DNA of 64,000 nt from NCBI GenBank assembly GCA_951804945.1, contig OX638151.1, forward strand, positions 80,476,001-80,540,000, given 5' to 3'. This document shows, piece after piece, positions 27,972 through 39,995 of the stretch. The notes below the pieces were generated by a model. That model saw only the letters and a list, made by a program, of their open reading frames with translations. It was not told where the DNA came from and searched no databases. The position numbers and the translations under genes are program-made. Every line of letters begins with the position of its first letter. The first letter of the stretch is position 1. Source of the stretch: Podarcis cretensis (taxonomy: Eukaryota).

Positions 27972-28335
27972 AAAAAAAGGTAAAGGTACCCCTGCCCGTA
28001 CGGGCCAGTCTTGACAGACTCTGGGGTTGTGCGCCCATCTCACTTAAGAGGCCAGGGGCCAGCGCTGTCCGGAGACACTTCCGGGTCACGTGGCCAGCGT
28101 GACATCGCTGCTCTGGCCAGAGCCAGAGCCGCACACAGAAACGCCGTTTACCTTCCCGCTGGTAAGCGGTCCCTATTTATCTACTTGCACCCGGAGGTGC
28201 TTTCGAACTGCTAGGTTGGCAGGCGCTGGGACCGAGCAGCGGGAGCGCACCCCGCCGCAGGGATTCGAACCGCCGACCTTTCGATCGGCAAGCCCTAGGC
28301 GCTGAGGCTTTAACCCACAGCGCCACCTGCGTCCC
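27972..28335 (-). mobile_element. Sauria SINE, full length, young
   Basis: Minus-strand tRNA-like head GGGACGCAGGTGGCGCTGTGGG with B-box GGTTCGAATCCC, and a 3' tail ACCTTTACC. Perfect 14-bp TSD ACAATCAAGTGGTA at 27958-27971 and 28336-28349. CpGs are largely retained. Confidence 0.93.
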
Positions 28336-29214
28336 ACAATCAAGTGGTAGAATAATTATAATGAAATAAAAATAAGCTTGGCCTTAAGAACACTGTATGA
28401 TTTGTCTGCCCATAAGAGGTCTATCTAGTCTGCTAATAGCAAGTGGTAATGGACTCCTTTTGATAAAGACAATGTGCACACATTTCTTATTTAAAACCCA
28501 TAATCCCTTGAACTTGGGCTCACAGTGAGAGAAAGTGTTGCACTTGGGTTCATTTGAAAGGAAGCACTGAAATATTCTGCCTTGTTTCTGGATTCAGAAG
28601 CACTTGACGGACGTGAGTATACCCCCGTTTACTGCAAGTGCACACAGGACTGCAAACCTAGTTAATTAAAAACTCACACAAACATGAATTCTTCCCACCA
28701 ACATGAACCCCCCGACCCCATTTCTTGCCACAAAAACAGCAAAGAATACTTTTGCTGTTCAGGTTAATCAGTATGTTTTTATGGGACAAATATTTCAAAG
28801 CCCTCCCAGAAAACCATTTAAGCAGATGCTTGGAAATTTACTAGCATATTTTCTTTTGGAAAGTAGTAAAATATTGGTGGGTTAAAAAAAAAAGATTTAA
28901 GAATAAACTACAAGTCTTAACACCAAGATTGCTTCTTAATTTTATGTTTGTGCTTGGGTCTGCTTCCTAATTCCTAGTGGTCTCGTTGGATTCTGCCCCC
29001 CACCACTACCCCAGCTTTAGTGTTATAAACTATCAAAGCAAAAGGTACAATTTGAAACCATTAAATCAGTATGAGGTACACCACTGATTTTAACAACACA
29101 TGGCTTACACCTAAACTGCCTAAGAATTAATGACACTACTTACGTTTCAGTCTTACATAATCCAAATAAATTACTTTTGTGTATTGTATTAAAACCTTGC
29201 TTTTCAACAGAACT

Positions 29215-29216
<2 letters not shown>

Positions 29217-29255
<39 letters not shown>
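29217..29255. repeat. (GT)n microsatellite
   Basis: Direct reading. Confidence 0.95.
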
Positions 29256-29257
<2 letters not shown>

Positions 29258-30602
29258 ATATGATCTCCCAAACTGTAGTCAAATAGATTATTACTACTTG
29301 AAATTAAGGAACTATTTTTAGATCTATAGTAGGTCAACGTCCACAAGTGTGAGCAGGTTGACATCATCTTGATTACAATGTGCTTTGCCTTTGTGGAAAG
29401 AAACAAGTCTATCTAAAAATAGATGATAAAGTCTAGGAGTGTCCTCCCCCTGGAAGTTCAGTGGTGCAGTAGACCTAAGCCCTATTCAAGCATTCAGCTT
29501 GATCATGTAAGGATTCATGTAGGCCACCCTTGAACTCACTGCTTCCCTCCTTTCCTTGTCTTTAGTGCAAGAGTCCGAAGAGGGCTTCAAATATGAATAT
29601 GGCTAGAAGCCCCTACAGAACTTTGTGTGCGGAACACACAAAGGCTGGGGTGGGAGGGGTGTGCTCAGCACAGAGGATGAGGAGAGCAGCACAAGTGCAC
29701 ATGGCCCTGTATACACATTCAACTCTCTTGCGATCAGGCTGAATGAGAGGCAACAGAGGATTCAGGTTAGGGGTTATTTTTATGCAGAAGAGGAAAGGAA
29801 TAACCCACTCTGACAACAGTCCCAATCCAAGTCCTCCCCTCACATTCCTCTAGCAAGCTTTTAAAACAGTAGGAGACCAAATCCCAGATCTCTCACAATC
29901 CCTCAAAAATGAATCTTTGCTGATGGCCTTGGGTCAGCCACTGTCTCTCAACCTAACTATCTGAAACAGTCCTTGTAAAGATAAAACGGGCAAGGGGAGT
30001 TAATGGATTATAAAATTGGCAGCGGATGCAGATGAATTATGTGCAGTCTGAAACATAGTGGGATACTTTCCTTCTTTCTCTATCCCATAATCCCCTTTTG
30101 GGAGAAACCAGGATATGGCATGGAGCTCTTGTAAATGGCAAATACAAACGAGTATAATTTCTTATGCCCATTTTACCCACAGATACTTTAACTCCTTAAT
30201 TTAAAGAAGTTGCACTTTAAAAAACAACTAAGAGGATCTCTGTGTCTCATCCTTGAATCAACGTTGTTTCCCATGAATCTGAATTAATGGTTCAGCCTGC
30301 ATCATCTGTTCTGCTCCAGAGTAACCCTCTTCACTATGTAAATAATATCCATGAACTTTGGAAATGAATTGTGTTACTGGTTCCATTTCCTAAGTTCTGG
30401 GCCAAATGAAAACACAGGCTTGTTATAATGTAAACATTGGCTTGTAATAAATGTGGGACATTGTTTTAGTTTATCCATTTCTGAAGTAGCCTCCTCCAAC
30501 TTCATCATCCTGCAAGGAAAAGTGAATTGGCAGAGATGCAATTAAGCAACTGGCATGGAAGATAAGTACTACACATCCTCTAGAAAGTCTACTCCTGCTC
30601 AT

Positions 30603-31167
30603 TGTCCTGAACCCCTGGCCAACTTGGAAGCAAGTTAGTACGTCATGTCCAAAGTCCAAAGTCTGGGGGTCAAGCCACACAAGCAAAGTCCCAAGACCAA
30701 AATCCAAGAAACGCAGTCCAAAGTCAAACCAAGTAGCCAAGTCTGAAGTCCAGAAGTAACAATATATTCCAGTGTCAAACCAAAAGTACAATCTCATAGA
30801 GGTCCAGGAGCATCCATCAACATGGGTAGTTGAGCAGACACAGCCCCTCAGCTCTGCTTCCCTTTTGTACATTACATGCTGATTACAGCATCTTGGCTTG
30901 ATGAGGCATGTGACCCTCACCTGTTCCAAGTCTACTCCAGCTGAGGAATCACTTCCCCCTACAGAGTTAGTGACCACTACCTGGCTAGCTAGGGAGTTGG
31001 GATGTGGGCTCTTGCTTGCCTCAGTCTCCTAGAGCACCCCTCCCACTGCTCCCTATGCTTCAGAGCCTGCAGTGTTCATGGGGACAGGGGATCCTTTGGC
31101 TCTGGTGATGGGTCCTGCTGCTCTGGTTCCCATGCATTGACCTCCATCCCCTACGCCATGCATAACA
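30603..31167 (-). mobile_element. Probable degraded solo LTR (Gypsy-type)
   Basis: Bounded by TG(TC)...(AA)CA with a near-TSD TCAT/TTAT. Contains internal gtccaaagtc-type short repeats and is more GC-rich than the flanks. Orientation is inferred. Confidence 0.5.
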
Positions 31168-31524
31168 TTATATACCTCTACAATGTCCCTCTTGTTCACT
31201 TTTTAGTTTCGAGAAAGTCCCAAAAGCTCATAGGGGAGTAACCCCATTCCCTTGATAATGTTGGTTGCCCTTTTCTGAACCTTACTTATGTCCATTGATT
31301 TCAGTGGATCTACTCTGAGTATGACTAACACCCAATATCATCTATTGGGTGGTAGTCAAGTAATTTATATTCAGGGTAGACATGTTGAGATTATGGACCT
31401 AAGTTACTCATGTCCATTACTTTCAGTGGGTTTCCTTTGGGTATGACCTATAATTTATTGGGGGAGAAACAATGTGTTTCTTTGGATATTCTCTGCTGTT
31501 TCTGAAATTTTATTAATTTAAGTA

Positions 31525-32534
31525 CCGTATTTTTCCTTCTATAACACGCAGATTTTTTCTTCTAAAAAGGAAGGGGAAATGTCTGTGCGTGTTATTGAGC
31601 GAATGTGTGGTCCCTGGAGCCAAATGACGCGAGGGGAGGCAAAAAAAATCAAATCGCGTGTCTCAGAGAAGGGAAACCTGAAAAGAGGAAGCGGCTGCTT
31701 TCCGGCATTCTGCCTCAGGGTCTTACTGCCCACCCACCTCTGTTTCCTTGCTGTGTTTGCTCAAACGGAACAAAGAGCAGGGAAAGCCCCTCCCCTCCAG
31801 GCAAGCAGAAGGGAAAACATGCAAGAGGGAGAGAGAGAGAGAGAGAGAGCGCGAGCTGGCTGGCTTGGGTGGGTAGGTGAGAGAAAACTTTTGCCTTCCT
31901 TTCCTCCCTCCCAGTTATACCCCTCTCCTGCATTCTTAGCCAGCTGCTTCTCTGCACACCCCTCTCATGCTCCTTGTCCGTTCTGTGTTTTTCCTTCCCT
32001 CCCCACTTAAAATGTGGTTAAAAAGCATGGATCCACATGGATCCTCAGGATCTTTGCATTCGGTCACCCCAAATTCACCATAAGATCACATAGCATGTCC
32101 ATGGCTACAGCCTGCCCCCCAAAAATCACGCACCCACTGTTGCCTGGGGCTGCAATGGTGCAAAAACGTGGTTAAAAAGCATGGATCTACATGGATCCTC
32201 GGGATCTTTGCATTAGGTCACCCCAAATTCACCATCAGAGCACATAGCATGTCCATGGCTACAGCCTGCCCCCCCCCAAAATCACGCACCCACTGTTGCC
32301 TGGGGCTGCAATGGTGAAAAACGTGGTTACAAACCATGGATGCACAGGGATTCTCAGGATTTTTGCATTGGGTCACCCCAAATTCACCATCAGATCACAT
32401 GTCTGTGGCCACAGCATGAAGCACAAAAATGATACATCCACTGTTTCATTCAGAATGTTTTTTCCCTTGTTTTCCTCCTCTAAAAACGATGTGCGTGTTA
32501 TGGTCAGGTGCGTGTAATAGAGCGAAAAATACGG
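31525..32534. mobile_element. Non-autonomous Tigger/pogo-like DNA transposon with an internal tandem array
   Basis: 26-bp TIR CCGTATTTTTCCTTCTATAACACGCA versus CCGTATTTTTCGCTCTATTACACGCA (3 mismatches). TA TSD at 31523-31524 and 32535-32536. Confidence 0.88.
32011..32400. repeat. About 154-155 bp tandem repeat, about 2.5 copies, inside the transposon
   Basis: The unit (T/C)GTGGTTA(A/C)AAA(G/C)CATGGAT starts at 32013, 32167 and 32322. Confidence 0.9.
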
Positions 32535-32815
32535 TAGTTTTTCCTTTAACTTATCTTTCACCTGCCCTGCATCATAAAGATCCTAGGGGAGGATACAGCA
32601 ATAAAATTTGAGAAGCTATTTGAGAAGGCTGGCTCCTCCCCGATGAATTCTTAAATGAACTAAAAACTGGGCACATTTGAGAAAACAATACTATCTCTTC
32701 ATACCTAGATCAGATGAAGAGAGGGAAAAAGAGCAATAAGAACCAAATTATATCTTTTAAAAATATGTATAATATGACATTGGCCTCTATTTTGTCTGCA
32801 TATTGAATGATGTTA

Positions 32816-33393
32816 ATCAGGAGTATAGCATCTAGATCAAGTGAAGTAATAGTGCCACTGTATTCTGCTCTGGTCAGACCTCACCTGGAGTACTGTGTCC
32901 AGTTCTGGGCACCACAGTTCAAGAAGGACACTGACAAACTGGAACGTGTCCAGAGGAGGGCAACCAAAATGGTCAAAGGCCTGGAAACGATGCCTTATGA
33001 GGAACGGCTAAGGGAGCTGGGCATGTTTAGCCTGGAGAAGAGGAGGTTAAGGGGTGATATGATAGCCATGTTCAAATATATAAAAGGATGTCACATAGAG
33101 GAGGGAGAAAGGTTGTTTTCTGCTGCTCCAGAGAAGCGGACACGGAGCAATGGTTCCAAACTACAAGAAAAAAGATTCCACCTAAACATTAGGAAGAACT
33201 TCCTGACAGTAAGAGCTGTTCAACAGTGGAATTTGCTGCCAAGGAGTGTGGTGGAGTCTCCTTCTTTGGAGGTCTTTAAGCAGAGGCTTGACAACCATAT
33301 GTCAGGAGTGCTCTGATGGTGTTTCCTGCTTGGCAGGGGGTTGGACTCGATGGCCCTTGTGGTCTCTTCCAACTCTATGATTCTATGATTCTA
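32816..33393 (+). mobile_element. Young 5'-truncated CR1 LINE
   Basis: Uninterrupted ORF2 C-terminus ([25 protein letters not shown]...[13 protein letters not shown]...WNLLP, stop at 33316), then the 3' UTR and terminal (ATTCTATG)n repeats. Confidence 0.95.
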
Positions 33394-33547
33394 CGTCAGT
33401 AATGGACAACTTAATGCTAATAAGCAGGTAATAAATAATAACTAGCATTTGTGATGACGTATTCAGAGACATACTGTCTCCAGTAGTGATGGTAGAGCCC
33501 CATTGGGCCTAGTAGCCACTGATACTCTTATCCTCTATTTTGTATTT

Positions 33548-33611
33548 TGTGCGTGCGTGCGTGCGCACGCACACACACACACACACACACATGCACGCAC
33601 GCACACACACA
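33548..33611. repeat. Compound (GCGT)n/(CA)n microsatellite (alternating purine-pyrimidine)
   Basis: Direct reading. Confidence 0.9.
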
Positions 33612-35393
33612 AATGGAGAAACACAGCAGCCTGCATTTTTTCACTGTCCTTGGGGGCTATCATGAGGAACCCTTGCACTTCAAAATTTACTACTACACTA
33701 TGGCTGGGGGAGTTTTGGCCCGCTATATATTATTGAACTCCAACTCCCATCAGCCCCATTCAGTATGTCCAGTGACTAGGGATGATGGGTGATGGGAACT
33801 GTAGTTCAGAAACATGTGGAGGACTGAAAGTTGCCCAGCCCAGAACTACATCATTGGCTTTTATTCTACTTTTGTAGTTTATGAGCATTTACATATCTGA
33901 GATTAGGAGTAAGGAATCCAGGACAGAGACTATTATTTCAATTTGGGCTAGAGTCCTGACACCAAATATTATCCACTCGACATATATTGAAAAATAGTCA
34001 ATGGGTATGACCTAGTATTCTCTGAGGCAGTAAACCTATGCATGGACTGTACAACTTCAGATGCAGGTTGGTTCTCATTCTCTCTCCCCCCCCTCCCCTA
34101 AACGCAAATACTCCCTGCACACAGAAAACTAGAATACATTGACATGCTGGTTTTCTATTTACAGGGATTCATTTTTAGTGTCATATGAAGCAACATTATA
34201 TAATGTGAATCAGGTATCTTGTGAAAAGTTAGAAACCAATGTAAGGCTTTTAAAAAAATGAATTTAAACATTTTCCCATGTCAAGGTAGAACGTACTGAT
34301 GAAAGGCATATGCTATGTTTTGTAAAGCAGCAATGCTTTATGTAAATCATCCAAAGCTTTCATTCTTATCTCCACTCAGTCTCTGTGTGAGTTACACAGT
34401 TTTGTTAGCTCATTAATCTATGATTAAGCAAGAGCTTCAATGTATAGGTGGTCTCCTTCACATAAAACAGCCAAGGTTTTCTAAGGTTTCTAAGGATGGC
34501 TTGTATATGTTTGTATGATGGTTGTATATGTCCAGCTTTAGGATTAAGTGGTCAAATCTTCTTAATGTACAGATAGCATTCTTATTGCACACTAGCCTGT
34601 TCTGGGAAAGTTTGTTTGTTTGTTTTGAAAGAAGGATCTAATCCTTGAAATCCTTATACAGGACAGATATACTTTGTTCTAACATATGGCGGAAACACAT
34701 TACAAATGGCTTTTTCAGATAATTTTTTCAGATAATTACTGGGATAGGGGTTTAAGGCTTCTTCTACATACCAACTCAAGCCTTAGAGCTTGTGTGGTAG
34801 AAAAAGAATGGTGCTTTCATCTGTGGAAAGCAATCTCCTGCTTAAGGTCTTGCAGGAGGTCTCAAGATACATGCTAGCACAAGGCCATGCACAATCTCTT
34901 GTCACACAATCTCATCTACTAGCTCTAGCACATCTGTTAAGGGAACAACACAGCTGCCAGAATTTCTTCATCTAATGCATAACAACCCATAACACACTCA
35001 TAAATCACACACTCACACCCCACCTCTACAATGCTAGAGAGGTCCTTTCACTATTCTGTATCCAGCCATTAACTTGAAATGAATTCTTTTCCTGGACACT
35101 TCATAAACAGGTTGCCTGGAAATCTCTCCCATAGTTGACCACAACTGAATGATCAGTTTCTGTATTTTTTGTTCACAAAAGTGGACATTTGTCCATTATT
35201 AGGTAATTTCCCCCTCTTGTGCGACTTGTAGCACTTTGTTGTAGTAATCAGTCTTCTTTGTCTCAGACTTTCTGCTTTATTTTCTAACTCAGGAGTGTGA
35301 TGTCCTAATGGTAAAATTACTCTAAAGGCTTGGAGTAATTTTCCCGCCCTGGGCTTGTTCCAGTCAAAACACTTAAGGAGTCCAAACCTTTTA

Positions 35394-35635
35394 CAGTGGT
35401 ACCTCAGGTTAAGTACTTAATTCGTTCCGGAGGTCCGTTCTTAACCTGAAACTGTTCTTAACCTGAAGCACCACTTTAGCTAATAGGGCCTCCCGCTGCT
35501 GCTGCGCTGCCGGAGCACAATTTCTGTTCTCATCCTGAAGCAAAGTTCTTAACCCAAGGTACTATTTCTGGGTTAGTAGAGTCTGTAACCTGAAGCGTAT
35601 GTAACCTGAAGTGTATGTAACCCAAGGTACCACTG
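35394..35635. mobile_element. Tc1/mariner-superfamily MITE (CAGTGGTACCT TIR)
   Basis: TIR CAGTGGTACCT...AGGTACCACTG, TA TSD at 35392-35393 and 35636-35637, and internal TAACCTGAA repeats. An inverted near-identical copy begins at 51320. Confidence 0.92.
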
Positions 35636-36875
35636 TATTCTGAAAGGAAGAAGTGTTATGGCATCATAGATACCAAATAGTATAATATGCTTCTCAAAAC
35701 AACGGTCTTCCTGTGAGGCAGACTTTATTTTGAGAGGCTTGACTCTGGCTCTTTGAGCAGTAATAAGCTTATTTGGCCAATGTAAATCATTGACACCAGC
35801 AGATTTTTAAAAATCTGGCTTTGTTCTGATATTTTCAATTTCTGTTTACTTAGGGTGATAGCTAATTCAGAATAGACCCACTGAAATCAATGAAATTAAA
35901 GTTTCTTGTCTATTAAGTCCAATAGGCCTACTTAGTTATGATCTTTAAGATGTGTGTGTGTTTTTGTGTGTGTGTGACAGAGAGAGAAGGGAGAGAGAGA
36001 GCAAGAAGAAAAGGGAAGAAATTTAATATAGAAAAGGAAAAATGAACATGACTGGGAGAATAAGAAGACAGACACATTATTTCAGTCTCTACCTGACAAC
36101 AGTCTGGCCTACACATGCAGAAGTAGTGAGGGCAAAAGAAAAATAACAGGAGAGAGATGATCTATAATTGTACTCTAGATACCAGGAATGAACAGGAACT
36201 ATGTTAACTATCCTCTGAGATTTGAGTAATTGCCTGCTTATTGCTTAAGATAGAAGAGAGTGAAGTGCACTGCTATCGTAACGGAAAGAAATAGAAACCA
36301 AGGAGGCAAGGTGTACTGCTGCAAAGGGGCCTAAATTATCATTATACCCATGGCAAACAGTTATTTCTATTTTTATTTGTCAGTTCCTTCCTAGTAACAT
36401 GACGGTTTCTGCTCTTTCCATTGCTCAGTTAATTTCAGCCAGATTCTTAGGATCCAACCTGCATAATTAACGGATGAACTATTTTGGATAGTTAATGGAT
36501 AATTTCATTTGTTTAAATTTCAATCACCTTGCATAGGAAATGAATATTAGAAAACGGAAAGTAGTTTCCCAAAACCTCTGGATCCAGGGAGAAACTCTTT
36601 TAAGAATAGCCTCTTTCAAGGTGGAGAGCACAACTCCCTCCCATGAACCAATTCAGTCAACCCCCTGCCACTACATTCTACCAGCCATAATGGGCATGGA
36701 TCAAGAGGACACATTGTTGGCCTCACCACTGCAAGCAACCTGGCCAAATCCTTGCACTGTGAATCCTATAATAGCCCTAGAAATCCATGTCATCTTCTGA
36801 CATAAGACAACACAGCACACTTCACAAAGGTCATAAAACTTGTAACAGTTTGCCACAGATGGCAACAGCTTACAC

Positions 36876-37013
36876 CAGGGGTAAGCAATGTCGTGCCCTC
36901 CAGATGTTGTGGGACTCCGATTCCCATCGTGCCTGACTATTGACTATAATGTCTGGGGCTGATAGGAATGGTAGTCCAACAATATTTGGAGGGAGCCAAG
37001 TTGGCTACCCTTG
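36876..37013. mobile_element. hAT MITE (URR1-like family)
   Basis: CAGGGGTAAGCAA / TTGGCTACCCTTG termini and an internal ctccagatgttg...caatatttggag palindrome. Confidence 0.7.
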
Positions 37014-38559
37014 GTCTGGATAGTTTTTCAACCACAATATATTAAATGTAGGTTAAAATAAGGCCTCTATAAATATAGAGGGTCAATGTGTTGTGGTGTG
37101 AAGGTGAGCACAGACAAAAAGTCTTTATGAGTGGCGTTGCCAGTAACTACTACATGTTTAATGAAAGAGGTGTGAATATTCAGTGTGAGAAAGGATATAT
37201 CCAATTACTATTTTATAGGCGCAAAGGGACATGAATGACAGGATTATGTGGTTAGTGTGCCAGTGGGCCCCAATTAGTGTAGTGAAATGAGCCTAAGAAT
37301 TAACTTAGGCAGAGAATGTGACATATTCATGCGGACGAACAGATTGTGAGAACATGCAAGGAACAGAAGAAGGTTCATAGAGCTGCACCCTCTATAATGG
37401 CCCACCTCACATCAAAGTTGTGCAAGAAACAGTCACAAAGATATATGCCATATTTTATATGCAGGCACAGGAGTCTTCACAGATGAGGAATTACACAGAT
37501 GATGTCAGAGTGTGCTATACAATTAAGGAAATGTTGGAAGATAGTTTTGTAATATATCCTTAAATCTCACAAGTTTTTGCTATTGCAGAAAGGACGACAA
37601 AGTCACCTTTGTCTACAGAGTGAGCTGTTGGCAGGAAACTACTCAAAAAGATTTGGCCTTCTGTATTACAGTTGGAACTTCCTGACAATTGCAGAATAAT
37701 GGGGAGTAAATATCAAGTTTAAGTACTCTGTAAAATGTTGTTCATTGATTTTCCCCCCTTCTGAGCATAAACCTTGAAGACTCAATAACAGTTCAAAGGG
37801 CTGAACATCTAAGAATTAAGTACACTCATAATTACTCCTGGCAGGGGTGTGAAAAAAGTCATGCTGTTTCTCCTGAAGTGGAAATTAACCTCCTGCCTTC
37901 ATTTTATTTTCCCAACTTTATGAAAGCTATCGGTTTGAGAGAGGGGGTGAAAAAACCTTACAGTGGACACTAGAAAAAAGAGTTACATTTGAGAATGTGG
38001 TTTAAAATATTCTGAATAGAAGTGTTTTAGGCAGGGACTCACAAGTGGTCTTTGCTCCAATATAAGGTGGATCAAGTCCAGGTTGCCACCACAATTTTTG
38101 TTGTTTATTTAGGCTCCCCCCCAAAGTGAGTGGAGGGAGAAGAAAGACGGTTATATAGGAAAGTGACACAGAGAAGTAACAAAGAAGTAAAAGGGACCTC
38201 CATATTGGATTCAAAGGTCATGGTTCTGAAAAGTCTTGAAGACTATTGTTAGACAAGCTTCTGATCAAACTGCAGTCAAGTTCAAATGATGACATCTTTT
38301 TCTGACTACAATATCTTACATTTATTATTATTACCATCATCACCATTGATGCATTAATCACCTTCTACACCTACATACTCATCCAATACATTTAAAACAA
38401 AATTAAAAACAATACAAAATAGATACATTAATATCCACTGTTGTTGAGTAACATGTTACAGACCTACAGAGAGAAGAATATGGAGAGTTTGAGTCCTACA
38501 ATAAAAGGGCAGCAATGGAAAATTCAGAAAAGTGTGAATTCTGAAGAATGTGTTTAGAT

Positions 38560-38845
38560 CAATGATTCTCAAAGGGTGTGGCAGGAGAGGATGGCAAATG
38601 TGGCAGGAAGATTCAAGGACAATTATATTATATTTTGGGAATGGTTCATGTTCTTATGTACCTGCGCTGTTTTATACTATCTGGGTGTCCTGTGATTATA
38701 TTATAAAGTAGTTGTGTTCTATATTATGAATCAAGCACTGCTAGGAGTTTTCTTTTCCCATGTATTACTTATCAATAAAAAAATTGGTGTGGTGTGAGCA
38801 AATTCTGAAAGTGTGACCCAGAGGAAAAAGGTTTGAAAACCACTG
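38560..38845. mobile_element. hAT (Charlie-like) non-autonomous element
   Basis: TIR CAATGATTCTCAAA / TTTGAAAACCACTG. Perfect 8-bp TSD GTTTAGAT at 38552-38559 and 38846-38853. Confidence 0.8.
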
Positions 38846-39079
38846 GTTTAGATTCAAATCTGGTAACTTTGCCTCTAAATGTGAGCTGAATCCAAATTCT
38901 CTCCCATCTCTATGTATAGTATTGGACATGATATGAAGGGATATGGGAAGACATGATGGGTTGGATCCAGACTCACAGCACAATGCTATGTGTATCTAGT
39001 CAGAAGTAAGTTCCATTGACTTCAGTGAGACTTATTCTCGGGTAACTGTGCATGGAAGAAAAGCCTTCATTGTGCTAAG

Positions 39080-39494
39080 TGAGAGCTGGACCATAAAGAA
39101 GGCTGATTGCCGAAGAATTGATGCTTTTGAATTATGGTGCTGGAGGAGACTCTTGAGAGTCCCATGGACTGCAAGAAGATCCAACGTATCCATTCTTCAG
39201 GAAATCAGCCCTGAGTGCTTACTGGAAGGACAGATCCTGAAGCTGAGACTCCAATACTTTGGCCACCTCATGAGAAGAGAAGACTCCCTGGAAAAGACCC
39301 TGATGTTGGGAAAGATGGAGGGCACAAGGAGAAGGGGACGACAGAGGACGAGATGGTTGGACAGTGTTCTCGAAGCTACCAGCATGAGTCTGACCAAACT
39401 GCAGGAGGCAGTGGAAGACAGGAGTGCCTGGCGAGCTCTGGTCCATGAGGTCACGAAGAGTCGGACACGACTAAACACTAAACAACAACAACAA
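39080..39494 (+). mobile_element. BovB (RTE clade) LINE, 5'-truncated
   Basis: ESWTIKKADCRRIDAFELWCWRRLLRVPWTARRSN...YFGHLMRR...GRQRTRWLD is the RTE/BovB C-terminus. It has a (CAA)n tail and a 7-bp TSD TGCTAAG at 39073-39079 and 39495-39501. Confidence 0.95.
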
Positions 39495-39566
39495 TGCTAA
39501 GAGTAGATTCATTCAAATCAGTGAAACAAGTTTGATTTCAGCAGATACTATAAGCATGGCCTAAAT

Positions 39567-39995
39567 CAGGTGTCAGCAAACCTTTTCAGCAGGGGGCCGG
39601 TCCACTGTCCCTCAGACCTTGTGGGGGGCTGGACTATTATTATTTTTTTGGGGGGAATGCCCCACAAATAACCTAGAGATGCATTTTAAATAAAAGCACA
39701 CATTCTACTCCTGTAAAAAACACCAGGCAGGCCCCACAAATACCCCAGAGATGCATTTAAAATAAATAATAATAATTTTTTATAATTTATTATTTATAGC
39801 TCGTCCATCTGGCTGGGCTTCCCCAGCCACTCTGGGCGGCTTCCAACAAAATATTAAAATACCGTAATACATCAAACATTAAAAGCACACATTCTACTCA
39901 TGTAAAAACATGCTGATTGCCGGACCGTCCATGGGCCGGATTTAGAAGGCGATTGGGCCGTATCTGGTCCCTGGGCCTTAGTTTGCCTACCCCTG
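39567..39995. mobile_element. hAT non-autonomous element carrying a nested L2 3' end
   Basis: TIR CAGGTGTCAGCAAAC / GTTTGCCTACCCCTG, perfect 8-bp TSD GCCTAAAT at 39559-39566 and 39996-40003, and an internal direct repeat cccacaaata...agagatgcattt. Confidence 0.88.
39765..39882 (-). mobile_element. Extreme 3' end of a young L2 (3' UTR plus TTA tail)
   Basis: ccatctggctgggcttccccagccactctgggcggcttcc is the near-exact reverse complement of the 3' UTR at about 15235-15275, preceded by (AAT)n. Confidence 0.85.

Noticed and set aside
30471-30977. 168-aa minus-strand ORF
   Set aside because: It overlaps low-complexity repeats of the probable solo LTR, has a non-ATG start and shows no domain signature.
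32011-32400. CRISPR-like array
   Set aside because: These are contiguous tandem units without unique spacers, inside a eukaryotic transposon.
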